64,000 bases of DNA, taken from a virus. The stretch covers positions 1 to 64,000 of IMG/VR virus record IMGVR_UViG_3300020573_000227, one strand, 5' to 3'. The translations under genes were made by a program, and so were the position numbers. The notes under the pieces are model-generated. The model did not search any database. It had not been told where the DNA came from and was given only the letters and a program-made list of their open reading frames with translations. Positions 1 through 10,023 of the stretch are shown one piece after another (the first letter of the stretch is position 1; each line of letters starts with the position of its first letter).

Positions 1-590
1 GCAGGAATTGTTTCATTTAAACCACGATTATCTTTAACCCCAATTAATATAATAACACAAGTTTCAGGATCAAGACCAGTGGTCTCAATATCAAACACAA
101 ATCTATTCACACCACTATATTCATCAATACCTTTAAACAATCTCTTTTTTGTTTGAATAAGATATTGTTCAACGGGCGATAATACCGTAAAATTATGTCT
201 AACTTTTTCATCCCATGGGTTTAATCCGCCCATTCTAAAAAACGAAATCAAATCCGTATACGATTTAATACTTTTGACTAAGTATTTCATACCCGACTCA
301 AGTCTTTCGTCACCATGAGTTTCTAACTTCTCAATAATAATCCCAAACTCACCCATACGTTTTTTTTGTACGGATTTAGAATTACCATAAAAATTTAAAC
401 CTGACAAATCACCAACCCACATAAATGGTGTGAATGAATCTGGTTTTACTATTTTTCCCTTTTCGGGGTCTTGAATAATTTTGTAAATTGTGTTGGTGGG
501 GTAGTCGTATTCAACTCCGACAATGAATTCTTCGGGGTCACCACCGTTAAGGAAGTTTTCGATAACTTCCTGAGAGATAACTTCTTTCAT
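1..590 (-). CDS. DNA polymerase family B, N-terminal part with 3'-5' exonuclease motif I (runs off the window)
   Basis: Not in ORF track. Hand translation from ATG at 590: MKEVISQEVIENFLNGGDPEEFIVGVEYDY...NRFVFDIETTGLDPE, open to the edge. DIET is the ExoI motif. Confidence 0.75.
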   Translation of the reverse strand, partial: MKEVISQEVIENFLNGGDPEEFIVGVEYDYPTNTIYKIIQDPEKGKIVKPDSFTPFMWVGDLSGLNFYGNSKSVQKKRMGEFGIIIEKLETHGDERLESGMKYLVKSIKSYTDLISFFRMGGLNPWDEKVRHNFTVLSPVEQYLIQTKKRLFKGIDEYSGVNRFVFDIETTGLDPETCVIILIGVKDNRGLNETIP

Positions 591-681
591 CTTATGATTT
601 TTTTAAATGTGACGTATTTTCTTGTGGAAAATCCACAGTTTGCCTTGTTACATTTATAAATATAAGAAAAAAAATGGGTAA

Positions 682-1050
682 TTAAAAAATATTAATGAAT
701 AATTTTTCTTTTACTGGAAGTATGAGTTTTGTTGTTGGATTACCGTTCGTATCTAAAAATTGAACAGTTATTTTCCCTTCAAATTTTCCAATTTCAGATG
801 TTTGTGATTCTGTAAATCTATGTGTGATATAATATTCATCGGTTGTTTGATCATACCTTTTATTCCTTGTTGTGATTAAACATTCACTATTAAGAATATG
901 AGGGACCCCTGTTTTTGTATCAGACATTTCAAATGTAATATCAGAATTTTCAAGCAAGTCATTAAATGACGATTTATCGTTTTTACCGTCATCTAACAAT
1001 CTCATTTTTAATATTGGGTCACTTGCCCCTTGTCTGATAAAGAATTCCAT
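682..1050 (-). CDS. Putative virion structural protein, BppU N-terminal-like
   Basis: 122 aa beta-rich ORF (FFIRQG...GKFEGKITVQF...LILP) at the end of a structural gene run. Confidence 0.45.
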   Translation of the reverse strand: MEFFIRQGASDPILKMRLLDDGKNDKSSFNDLLENSDITFEMSDTKTGVPHILNSECLITTRNKRYDQTTDEYYITHRFTESQTSEIGKFEGKITVQFLDTNGNPTTKLILPVKEKLFINIF

Positions 1051-1075
1051 ATTTTATAAATACATACTATTAAAT

Positions 1076-3256
1076 TTAACTATTAGTAGAAACACTAATG
1101 TAAACAGGTTCACCCACATTCCACGTTGTTCCTGATTGAATCAAAGTCGCAACACCCGACGGACTTCCGACTGGTGGTAGACCGATTCCTGTCCCAAACA
1201 CAAATCCACTACTTGGAGATTCATCCCATAATTTAAATGAACTTGTATCCCCCGAATAAATCACCGTACTCAAACCCTGAGTCATACTAACAGTAATTGT
1301 TTGTCCCGTAAATTGTGAATAATAATCTGTTCTATCTATACCATCCGAATCTATCGAATTCCAATATATACCCCTACCATTTGTCGCTAACATACTTGGG
1401 TCAGTACTTCCCGTTTGAATTACTCCTTGATTCATAATGGTATTACCAGTTGTTGGGAAAGTATATGGTAATACAACCAAATTAAACCCATAACCCGTTA
1501 CAGGTAATGGTGTTGGTGTTATGGTGGGTGTCGGAGTTGGAGTACTTGTTGCCGTTGGTGTTGGTGTTGGTGTTACCGTGTTTGTTGCATTATCTAATGT
1601 AATATCAAAATATAATGGTGAATTAGATGGAATTGATCCACCACCTTGACATCCATAAGCCAACGATGATGGTATAATTAATTTAATTCTACCACCTATA
1701 CCGATTAATGGAAGACCTATTTTCCAACCATCTATTAAATCATTTAATGTAACCGGAAATGTTATATTATTTGAAGAATCAAAAGTTGTACCGTTCATTA
1801 ATTTACCAACATAATCTACCGTAATGTTTGAAGATAATGTTGGTCGATTGTTATTACCAGATGAAATTATTTGATATAAAATCCCACTTGAATCTGTAGT
1901 ATATGTTATTCCGTTTGAATTTGCGAATGAAACCATTGTCGACGTTTCACCTGATATTGGTGCCGGTGTACAAGTAGGTGTCGGAGTTGGAGTACTTGTT
2001 ACCGTTGGTGTTGGTGTTGGAGTAGCGGTTGGCGTCTCCGTTGGTGTAGCGGTTGGCGTCTCCGTAGGTGTTGCGGTTGGTGTTGATGTTGGTGTAGCGG
2101 TTGGTTGAATAGTATTACAATTTGTTAAGCTAATTATTGATCCTAAGTTGTCTGTATCTATTGCATATCTATTTTCTTCATCTTCAATTATAAAGTAATT
2201 TCCAATTTCAGTAGCATATACACTTGATAATTCCACATCTGCGTATAATACATCACCAACATTTAATGTTGGATTTATACTGTAAAATATAGAATCAACT
2301 GTTTGATTTTGACACGCCGTATATGGATCTAAATATGTCCCACCTAAATGTACTCCGTAACTATATAAAGGTGTTTCTGTTGGTGTTGGTGTTGGGGTAG
2401 GTGTATTAGTTGGTGTAACTGTAGGTGTAGGAGTTGGTGTTTGTTCCACAAATCTTGGTGCCAAGAAATTATATTGTTGTGTGATTTCAGAAAGAGATAA
2501 TTGTCTATTGTAGAAATACATATTGGCAACGTGTCCCCAAGGTTGACCTGTTAAATTATTATTACCCCATCCCCAATGTGTTGTTCCACCGGCACCGAAA
2601 GCAATTGTACTTCCCACTTGTGAACCATTTATGTAGAATGTTTGAGATGAGTTAGTTCCAACCACTGCAAATTGAACCCAAATACCACCTTCAGATGAAA
2701 CATCATATCCCGAATTTCTAAACTCGGAATCCCAATATCCTAATGTGTTTGTCCCATTAGGGATAGTAATTGGTGTGTATCTTGGTGAGTTTGTATAAAG
2801 TAATGTTCTAAATCCAGTATTACTTGTTAACATTCTTGCCCAAGTAATATATGTATATCCACTTGTTGGTAATGTAGGACCCGTTCCATTCACAACAACT
2901 CTATTAGTTCCTGTTGTACAATCAAAACATTTAATACCGTTAAGAACTACGTAATTCGCACCTGTTAATGTATGGTTATATCCACTTGTAATATCAAAAA
3001 CAGTTGTTCCGCCAGAATAACTTGTACTATCATAAGCATCTAATTGAATAACTAAACCGTTTGTAACTAAATCTGGAATTGGTGTGTTAGTTGGGGTAGG
3101 TGTATTAGTCGGCGTCTCCGTTGGAGTAGATGTTGGTGTAGGTGTAGGTGTAGGTGTTTCAGTTAATAAAGACCAAACAACATTTCCATTTAGATATGCG
3201 TTAGTTACTGAAGAACCATTAAAATATATGTTACTACTATTTTCAAATAAACTCAT
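1076..3256 (-). CDS. Modular Pro/Thr-linker virion protein with LamG/ConA-like domain and FKBP-type peptidyl-prolyl isomerase domain
   Basis: Four PT-repeat linkers; LVIQLDA...FYINGSQ...MYFYNRQLSLSEITQQYN (LamG-like); VDYVGKLMNGTTFDSS...LIDGWKIGL...LIIPSSLAYG...IPSNSPLYFDITL (FKBP). Confidence 0.8.
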   Translation of the reverse strand: MSLFENSSNIYFNGSSVTNAYLNGNVVWSLLTETPTPTPTPTSTPTETPTNTPTPTNTPIPDLVTNGLVIQLDAYDSTSYSGGTTVFDITSGYNHTLTGANYVVLNGIKCFDCTTGTNRVVVNGTGPTLPTSGYTYITWARMLTSNTGFRTLLYTNSPRYTPITIPNGTNTLGYWDSEFRNSGYDVSSEGGIWVQFAVVGTNSSQTFYINGSQVGSTIAFGAGGTTHWGWGNNNLTGQPWGHVANMYFYNRQLSLSEITQQYNFLAPRFVEQTPTPTPTVTPTNTPTPTPTPTETPLYSYGVHLGGTYLDPYTACQNQTVDSIFYSINPTLNVGDVLYADVELSSVYATEIGNYFIIEDEENRYAIDTDNLGSIISLTNCNTIQPTATPTSTPTATPTETPTATPTETPTATPTPTPTVTSTPTPTPTCTPAPISGETSTMVSFANSNGITYTTDSSGILYQIISSGNNNRPTLSSNITVDYVGKLMNGTTFDSSNNITFPVTLNDLIDGWKIGLPLIGIGGRIKLIIPSSLAYGCQGGGSIPSNSPLYFDITLDNATNTVTPTPTPTATSTPTPTPTITPTPLPVTGYGFNLVVLPYTFPTTGNTIMNQGVIQTGSTDPSMLATNGRGIYWNSIDSDGIDRTDYYSQFTGQTITVSMTQGLSTVIYSGDTSSFKLWDESPSSGFVFGTGIGLPPVGSPSGVATLIQSGTTWNVGEPVYISVSTNS

Positions 3257-3257
3257 G

Positions 3258-4259
3258 TTAATCGATTATAATATATAGTGTACCACTAACAGGTGTCAAT
3301 GCGGCGTATGATGCTGATGTTATTGTTTGAATTGAAAATAAATTTGGTGATGTAACAATTTGAGATCCTACTGTGTTTGATTGTTTTGTAATATCCAAAA
3401 ATGCCCCTCTTGTGTCTCCTCCTTGTTCAAAAATTCTAATACTATCTCTATATGAATCTATTATTATTCCACTACCACTTATGTTTGTATTTGTTATTGG
3501 TTTTACAAACATCATTTCACCACCTTCTTCACCAATACTACCACCAATTACCGCAATTCCATTTACATTTAATGAACCTGTTATCTGCACATCGTTTGTG
3601 GTTGACCATACTGAACCTGTTTCCGCAAATATAGAATCTCCACTTGTTCCTGATGTTCCACTTGTTCCTGAAGAACCTGATGAACCACTAGAACCAGATG
3701 TACCTGAAGTACCGCTCGTACCAGATGAACCACTTGTTCCTGATGAACCTGAAGAACCCGATGTCCCACTTGTTCCTGAAGTTCCTGATGACCCCGAAGA
3801 ACCGCTTGTACCTGAACTTCCACTTGTACCTGATGATCCTGAAGTACCCGAAGAACCACTTGTACCTGAAGTACCAGATGTTGCTGCATTGTAAGATGTT
3901 CCATTGATTACAACATCACCTTGAACATTTATTGAACCGGTTACAAGAACCGAACCGGTCATTCGATGCGTATCATTTAAAGTATCTCCAAAAACAGTTG
4001 ACCCACTTTGGGCTAAAGAGGTTACATGTGTAACTGACGAACTAACAATAAATTCTTTTGCGGTTATCGAACCCGTAACAATTAAATTACCATTAATTGT
4101 CTGATTACCCTGAAATGTATGTGAAACACCATCAACAATAGTATTTTTTAATGTTTCTAACGTTGTTTTATATGTTGTCACACCATCATCAAAAATAGTG
4201 AAACCCGTTAAACTTGGGTTTGTGGTGCCGGTTAAATCCTTTATATACTTGTTTGCCAT
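3258..4259 (-). CDS. Tail fibre-like protein with (S-G-T/S)n repeat
   Basis: Gly every third residue over ~80 aa, flanked by beta-rich fibre-like segments; C-terminus SGTLYIIID. Confidence 0.6.
   Translation of the reverse strand: MANKYIKDLTGTTNPSLTGFTIFDDGVTTYKTTLETLKNTIVDGVSHTFQGNQTINGNLIVTGSITAKEFIVSSSVTHVTSLAQSGSTVFGDTLNDTHRMTGSVLVTGSINVQGDVVINGTSYNAATSGTSGTSGSSGTSGSSGTSGSSGTSGSSGSSGTSGTSGTSGSSGSSGTSGSSGTSGTSGTSGSSGSSGSSGTSGTSGTSGDSIFAETGSVWSTTNDVQITGSLNVNGIAVIGGSIGEEGGEMMFVKPITNTNISGSGIIIDSYRDSIRIFEQGGDTRGAFLDITKQSNTVGSQIVTSPNLFSIQTITSASYAALTPVSGTLYIIID
3640..3880 (-). repeat. Imperfect 9-bp coding tandem repeat (SGT/SGS)
   Basis: Recurrent ACCTGAAG/TCCTGATG/ACTTGT units encoding SGTSGS. 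Confidence 0.85.
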
Positions 4260-4340
4260 TTCTGTTTTTTCTTTTAAATTGTCTACAATAAATACTTTAT
4301 TTTGTTATAACTTTTATAATTTATTATTTATTCTTTTTGA

Positions 4341-5978
4341 TTATCCATTTGGTGTAGGGGTTGGTGTAGGTGTAGGAGTTATAGTCGGTGTTGGTGTAGG
4401 TGTAGGAGTTATAGTCGGTGTGGGGGTTGGTGTAACCAAAGCGGTAATGTCGTCCACACAATCGTCCCCACATATTTCAAAATTGTAGTTATTTAATCTG
4501 GTTATAAAATTATGTCTAACGTGTACAAAATCTAACGGCTCCTCATAATATTTTATTGATTTAATATTAAAACAAGAAACTCCATTATGTATTCCATTCA
4601 TTAAACCCGTACCACCTCCCCAAGATTGGATATATGGTTGTTCACCCCTATCCGACGGTATAATTTCTTCCCAATCCTCTATTTTGTAAATTGGTCTTCC
4701 ATTAAGGTAAATTTTTAATATACCTAATCTTCTTTCTCTTTCTTTATTCCATTCTCTATTTAAAACTTCTAAATCGGTATAATTCGGAGTGGATCCCGTT
4801 AACCAATCGTATATACTTGTGTTTAAAGTTCTACCAGTAATTAAATCATTCCAACCACCATCGTTTTCTAAATTACAATCAGTATATCTTTTATATCTAT
4901 CAAACGATATTGTTATATTAAAATCTTTTGTTGGTTGAGTAACACATAATTGTGGGGTTTGACCACTGGCAATATAAAACCCGTCACTGTAACCATTTGT
5001 TGGGTCACAAACACCTGAATAGTGATGAGAAACCCATTTTATTCGTCTATCTGAAGTAAATTGAAATGATAAATTATTATCGGAATAATTTAATGGATTA
5101 TTTTCACCCCTAACACCCAAATAATAAAAAACACCACCGGATGACCATGACTGATTTTGTCTATTAAAAATAAAATCTAAAGTCCACCCCTTTTCAGTTC
5201 TTCTTTTTATTATTGGAGAACAATTATCTACACCAGCACCTGAGTCAAATTTATACGCCCACGGTTTATTATATAATTTTAACGGTTGTAAACAACAGTT
5301 ATCATCATCGTCTAAAGATTGAATACAATCGATAAAATCACTATCAAACTCATCAATAATCGTACCATAGGTTAACGGATCCGACACCACAATTAGATTA
5401 TTGTCGTTAGTGTCAATAATATTCGAATCGTCCGAAATGTCTAAAATGTTTTGATTTACCCTAACTTCTAAATCAAATTCATTAATAAATTCTAATAATT
5501 CATCATCTTCGGTAATAATTAAAGAATTGTCATTAATAGTAGATAATCCACCGTGAAACGCACCAATTGGATTTCTTAATGGTTCATTAAACCTATAAAT
5601 TTCAAAATAGTGAGTATTATCGTCCCAAGTTGTTAAGGAAAAAATATTATTATTTAAAATGGTGTGTGTGTAACCAGTACCAAAATGAGACACAAACAAA
5701 TCATAATCCACAGTTACGGTTATTCCCGAATATATATACGTATTATCATTTACTCTATTATCATATTCTCTTAATGTAATAGTCTCTCTATCACAATCAA
5801 AATTAGTTAACGATGTGTTTATCGTTAACCCCGTATATGATATCTCTTTAGATAAATCCAATACATCCGTATTATAATCTATATCGTTTTTTCCAAGTTC
5901 GTAATCATAAAATTCAGACGAATCTAACTTTAAATCCAGTTTTGACCCGTAAAACCTTAAAATATTCTGTGTGTTCAT
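4341..5978 (-). CDS. Putative virion structural protein, ConA/LamG-like, with C-terminal PT tail
   Basis: 545 aa; LKIYLNGRP...IKYYEEPL; ends (TP)n. Confidence 0.5.
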   Translation of the reverse strand: MNTQNILRFYGSKLDLKLDSSEFYDYELGKNDIDYNTDVLDLSKEISYTGLTINTSLTNFDCDRETITLREYDNRVNDNTYIYSGITVTVDYDLFVSHFGTGYTHTILNNNIFSLTTWDDNTHYFEIYRFNEPLRNPIGAFHGGLSTINDNSLIITEDDELLEFINEFDLEVRVNQNILDISDDSNIIDTNDNNLIVVSDPLTYGTIIDEFDSDFIDCIQSLDDDDNCCLQPLKLYNKPWAYKFDSGAGVDNCSPIIKRRTEKGWTLDFIFNRQNQSWSSGGVFYYLGVRGENNPLNYSDNNLSFQFTSDRRIKWVSHHYSGVCDPTNGYSDGFYIASGQTPQLCVTQPTKDFNITISFDRYKRYTDCNLENDGGWNDLITGRTLNTSIYDWLTGSTPNYTDLEVLNREWNKERERRLGILKIYLNGRPIYKIEDWEEIIPSDRGEQPYIQSWGGGTGLMNGIHNGVSCFNIKSIKYYEEPLDFVHVRHNFITRLNNYNFEICGDDCVDDITALVTPTPTPTITPTPTPTPTITPTPTPTPTPNG

Positions 5979-6031
5979 GTTTATATAAATATCTTTCGTA
6001 TCATTTGATATTTATATAAAAAGTGATTTAG

Positions 6032-6769
6032 ATGAATAATTTTATAAAACAGGTAATTGAGGAGAAATTTGCGTCAAAAGCACAACAAAGGTTCTTCTTT
6101 GCTAAGTCTAAGGGTGGTAAAAATAAGAAGTGGTCTAAGTGGGCAAAGGAATTCTCAGACGATACAGATTATAGTAAAATACCCGATAAGGTAGAAAAAG
6201 AGGTTGACGAAGTTGTTGATGATAAGGGTAATATCGCAATGAATAAAAAACCAACCAATTTCGATAAAGTAGGAATCACTCAAAATAAAACAACAGACGA
6301 GGTTGTAAAATCGGCACACGGTGCGATGGGTGCAATTGGTAAGGTTAGTGGTAGAGGAGCAATGAACACATTGAAATATTGGGCGGAATCTGACATGAGT
6401 AAGGTTTTAGGAGCAGATAAGTTATTGACTAGAGATGATGTGGATTACGAGGAAGCAAAAGATGAATATGAAGATTTAGGTATTGAAGACCCTATCGAAC
6501 AGGATAAAAGAGCAAAACAATTAGGATACGACCCAAATCTACCAGACGGACAAACTAGGTTAGTTGAAAACCCTAAGAAATATATGGAGGAATATATTGA
6601 AAGTATTCTTTCAAAGAAAAGGATTGATAATGAGATTGTTTCTAATGAAACCGAGATGAAGGAAATTAGTCCAATAATTAAGAAACAAATAAAATCACTA
6701 AAAAATAGTATGGACAGTCATAATTTAACAATTAATGACATAATGAACCATTTAAAAGATAATGAATAA
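6032..6769 (+). CDS. Hypothetical protein, probable head-internal protein
   Basis: N-terminal IKQVIEEK followed by FASKAQQRFF; upstream TATTTAT. Confidence 0.5.
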   Translation: MNNFIKQVIEEKFASKAQQRFFFAKSKGGKNKKWSKWAKEFSDDTDYSKIPDKVEKEVDEVVDDKGNIAMNKKPTNFDKVGITQNKTTDEVVKSAHGAMGAIGKVSGRGAMNTLKYWAESDMSKVLGADKLLTRDDVDYEEAKDEYEDLGIEDPIEQDKRAKQLGYDPNLPDGQTRLVENPKKYMEEYIESILSKKRIDNEIVSNETEMKEISPIIKKQIKSLKNSMDSHNLTINDIMNHLKDNE

Positions 6770-7256
6770 AGAATTAAAAGGTAGAGTTTTTAATCTTCCA
6801 CAAAATATCTTAGATAAGATTAACCATATGATTATAGGTCTAAACGGCCAACATGTGGACGGATTGAATCGTGCTAAAAAATTATTATCGGATAAGACGG
6901 TAAATTACGGTCAACTTAAAAGGATTATACATGACCTTAAAAATATTGATAAAACCAATGACCGAGTTAAATATGATCTTTGTGGTGGTGAGTTGATGGA
7001 GAAATGGTCAGAACAACACTTAAAAGGTGAAAGAGACTTAGTAAGTAATAGAAAAGATTCAAGAAAAAACGCGGACTCCATGTCTAGCATTACCGGAGAA
7101 AGAAAGAACAGTCATCTTAAAAAACACACTAAAAAAGATAATTTTAAAATACCGACAAATTTAATAAAAAGTAATTCACATAAATCATCTATTTCACCAA
7201 TAACCTCTTTAGGTTTATTTGAAGAAATAGAAAGAATGAAAAAATTAATGTTATAA
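6762..7256 (+). CDS. Hypothetical protein with C-terminal LFEEIERMKKLML motif
   Basis: 164 aa ORF overlapping the upstream stop. Confidence 0.55.
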   Translation: MNKELKGRVFNLPQNILDKINHMIIGLNGQHVDGLNRAKKLLSDKTVNYGQLKRIIHDLKNIDKTNDRVKYDLCGGELMEKWSEQHLKGERDLVSNRKDSRKNADSMSSITGERKNSHLKKHTKKDNFKIPTNLIKSNSHKSSISPITSLGLFEEIERMKKLML

Positions 7257-7257
7257 A

Positions 7258-7893
7258 ATGGCAACACAATTAGAAACATTGGCAGATAAATTCAGACAAG
7301 AAAGCATTGCCAGAAATACATATACCACCAAGGGTATTTACGACTCAAATCACCCAAACGCTATATCTGACGGTGACGAAAAAGGTAAAGCAAATATCGG
7401 TTCATCAATTGATATTCAAAATAGAATTAATAATTTAACCAGAAATACATATAACGAAAATAATGGTTACGGAACGAATCATCCAAATGCTATATCTGAT
7501 GGAGATGAAAAAGGTAAAAATGAATTAGGTTCTTCAATAGATATCCAAAATAGAAATGAACTTTTATCTAGAAACATTTATGCTAAAAATAAAACATATA
7601 ATTCAAATAGTAAAAACGCATTATCGGATGGTGACGAAAGAGGTAAAGGTGAAAACAACGGTAGTGTCGGTTCATCAGTAGACATTCAAAATAGAATTGA
7701 TAACATCGGTCGTAATACTTATAATAATCAAAATGCCTATTCTATGGTACATCCAAACGCAATGTCTGATGGTGATGATAAAGGTAAAGGTGAAAATAAT
7801 GGTAATGTTGGTTCATCAATTGATATACAAACAAGGATTGATGTTGTGGCAAGAAATAAATATAATGGGTCTAAGGGATATCCTGATTTTTAA
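7258..7893 (+). CDS. Repeat protein with four ~40-aa units (RN.Y...Y...HPNAISDGDEKGK...GSSIDIQ.R)
   Basis: Four clear internal repeats in the translation. Confidence 0.7.
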   Translation: MATQLETLADKFRQESIARNTYTTKGIYDSNHPNAISDGDEKGKANIGSSIDIQNRINNLTRNTYNENNGYGTNHPNAISDGDEKGKNELGSSIDIQNRNELLSRNIYAKNKTYNSNSKNALSDGDERGKGENNGSVGSSVDIQNRIDNIGRNTYNNQNAYSMVHPNAMSDGDDKGKGENNGNVGSSIDIQTRIDVVARNKYNGSKGYPDF

Positions 7894-7896
7894 AAT

Positions 7897-8754
7897 ATGT
7901 TAAACAAAATAATCTTTGAAATTCTTGAGGAACAGTCGGTCTTAAAAACAACAAGAACGAAACCTATTGTTGATGCAATCAAAAATAGGAAGAAGATTAC
8001 ATTTTATTATAGTGGACCAAGAAAACCTAAGAAAGATAGTGTTAAGGCCGGATATCGTGTTAAGGCGGAAGTGGTGGCTTTAGGATTAAGTAAAAAAGGT
8101 AATTTAGTGATGAGGGCATATGTTCAACCACCATCAACATCCAAAAAAGGATTTGAAAAACATGGATGGAGAACTTTCATGTTAAGTAGAATGAGTGGAA
8201 CTAATGTTACTGATGAAGTTTTTAACGAAAAAAGACCGGGTTATAAAGAAGGTAACGACAATGGATTAAGTGTTACATATGTTACTACGGATTGGACAAA
8301 TAAACCGGAAGTTAAAAAACCAAGAATTGTTACACAAAAACCATCAACAGAACCAATTAAACAAGTTGAACCTCCTATTGAAAAACCTCCTGTTAAAGGT
8401 GAAAAACCTACAACTAATATTGAACCAATAGAACCGTCAAGTTTACCGGAACCAAAACCAGAAAAAACTCCTGATTTAACACCACAAGATACTACTGGTC
8501 AAGATTTAAAAGATAAAGAAAAAGAATTATACGATAAGAAAAAATCTGATTGGGTTAATAAACAAAAAGAAATTGGTGGTAATATAAAACCGGGTCAAGG
8601 TACAAGAGAGAGATTTAAAAAAGAAGTTGAAAAAGAATTACCTCAACCAAAACCGGAAGAGAAACCAAGTGTTAATCCTGAAGAAAATGATGTCGAAGAC
8701 GACAAAAATCTTCAAGAAAATATAAAAAGAATTAAAAGTTTAATGTTATTTTAA
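7897..8754 (+). CDS. WYL-like domain protein with Pro/Glu/Lys-rich linker and C-terminal tag
   Basis: IVDAIKNRKKITFYY...VMRAY...GWRTFMLSRM fits the WYL pattern; ends LQENIKRIKSLMLF. Confidence 0.65.
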   Translation: MLNKIIFEILEEQSVLKTTRTKPIVDAIKNRKKITFYYSGPRKPKKDSVKAGYRVKAEVVALGLSKKGNLVMRAYVQPPSTSKKGFEKHGWRTFMLSRMSGTNVTDEVFNEKRPGYKEGNDNGLSVTYVTTDWTNKPEVKKPRIVTQKPSTEPIKQVEPPIEKPPVKGEKPTTNIEPIEPSSLPEPKPEKTPDLTPQDTTGQDLKDKEKELYDKKKSDWVNKQKEIGGNIKPGQGTRERFKKEVEKELPQPKPEEKPSVNPEENDVEDDKNLQENIKRIKSLMLF

Positions 8755-8786
8755 AAAACATTATATTATAGAAAATATTTAAAATT

Positions 8787-9374
8787 ATGTCACAAGGTCA
8801 AGGGTCAATATCGTCAAATGAGTTAATGAAAAAATTGGTTCAAGCAAAAAAAGTTATGAACAAGGTTGATGGTGGTAATTTTGAAAGGGGTCATGTTAAT
8901 GAATCTATGTTATTATCGGACCCAGAAGAGTTAATGAAATCTCAATATGGAGAGCAACAACCACAACCAAATCAAAGACCAGTAAACGGACAAGCCAGTG
9001 TTGATAAAATACAAAATTCTAAATTACCTGACGCAATAAAGAGAGCCATGATAGAAAGCCCAATTCCTCAAATTTCTTTAAACGACACTTTAGATATGGA
9101 CTTCGTAAAAGGAGCAAAGCGATTAATGGAACAAGAAGGTGTCTCATCAAAAAAATCACAACCTCAACAAAAACAATCACAAGTACAAAGTTCTAATATT
9201 GACATGAACGCAATTGCTCTTATGATTGAAAATACAGTTCGTAAAGTTATGGATGAGAAATTAAATCAAATTCTTACCGCGTCCACAACGTCTTCAATCA
9301 ATGAGAATTTAGTTTTAAAGGTTGGTGACTCGATTTTCAAAGGTAAAATCACAGGGGTAAATAAAGCAAAATAA
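8787..9374 (+). CDS. Hypothetical protein
   Basis: 195 aa ORF within an operon. Confidence 0.55.
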   Translation: MSQGQGSISSNELMKKLVQAKKVMNKVDGGNFERGHVNESMLLSDPEELMKSQYGEQQPQPNQRPVNGQASVDKIQNSKLPDAIKRAMIESPIPQISLNDTLDMDFVKGAKRLMEQEGVSSKKSQPQQKQSQVQSSNIDMNAIALMIENTVRKVMDEKLNQILTASTTSSINENLVLKVGDSIFKGKITGVNKAK

Positions 9375-9377
9375 TTT

Positions 9378-9959
9378 ATGGGAGAAAATCTTCATCTGTG
9401 GCACGCGGACAGAGGAACATACTACGATAGAAATGTCAATATTATTTCGTGGAGTGATGATTATCATATAAACCTCGGAAAATATAACTCAATTGGTAGA
9501 GATTGTAACTTTTTTTTACACGCAAATCACCGACCTGATTGGGTAACAACATCATCTCAACTATTAGGACCAGTAAACAAAGACATCGAAAATATGATGT
9601 TTGAAATGGGTCACCCATCATGTAAGGGTGATATTACAATAGAAAATGATGTATGGATTGGCGCTAAGTCAACCATAATGTCAGGAGTTAAAATTGGTAA
9701 TGGTGCCGTTATTGGTGCGACCGCAACTGTTACTAAAGACGTTCCTCCTTATGCTATTGTCGTTGGTAATCCAGGTAAGATTGTAAAATATCGTTTTACT
9801 GAAAAACAAATAGATTTACTTTTACAAATTTCTTGGTGGAATTGGGACGAAGAAAAAATAAAAAGAGAATTCAAAACTCTTTGGTCATCTGACATTAATG
9901 AATTCATTAACAGACATTTATCTCCTGACCTAATCAATATTAGTATGTTTACTAAATGA
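9378..9959 (+). CDS. CatB/Vat-like hexapeptide-repeat O-acetyltransferase
   Basis: KGDITIENDVWIG...GVKIGNGAVIGA...TKDVPPYAIVVGNPGKIVKYRF...WWNW. Confidence 0.85.
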   Translation: MGENLHLWHADRGTYYDRNVNIISWSDDYHINLGKYNSIGRDCNFFLHANHRPDWVTTSSQLLGPVNKDIENMMFEMGHPSCKGDITIENDVWIGAKSTIMSGVKIGNGAVIGATATVTKDVPPYAIVVGNPGKIVKYRFTEKQIDLLLQISWWNWDEEKIKREFKTLWSSDINEFINRHLSPDLINISMFTK

Positions 9960-10023
9960 TTTTGTTTTTCCATTTTTTTTACTTATATTTTTGATATAAC
10001 CTCATATTAGAGGTATTTCATTT

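Noticed and set aside
471-659. 62-aa plus-strand ORF (and 63647-63841 on the minus strand)
   Set aside because: Antisense to the edge-truncated polymerase and phosphoesterase genes
3373-3907. Antisense and alternate-frame ORFs over low-complexity tracts (also 27876-28439 and 46201-46788)
   Set aside because: Stop-free by-products of repetitive coding sequence
9378-9959. Antibiotic-resistance gene (cat/vat)
   Set aside because: The fold is shared with sugar O-acetyltransferases and the gene abuts a glycosyltransferase; resistance is unsupported
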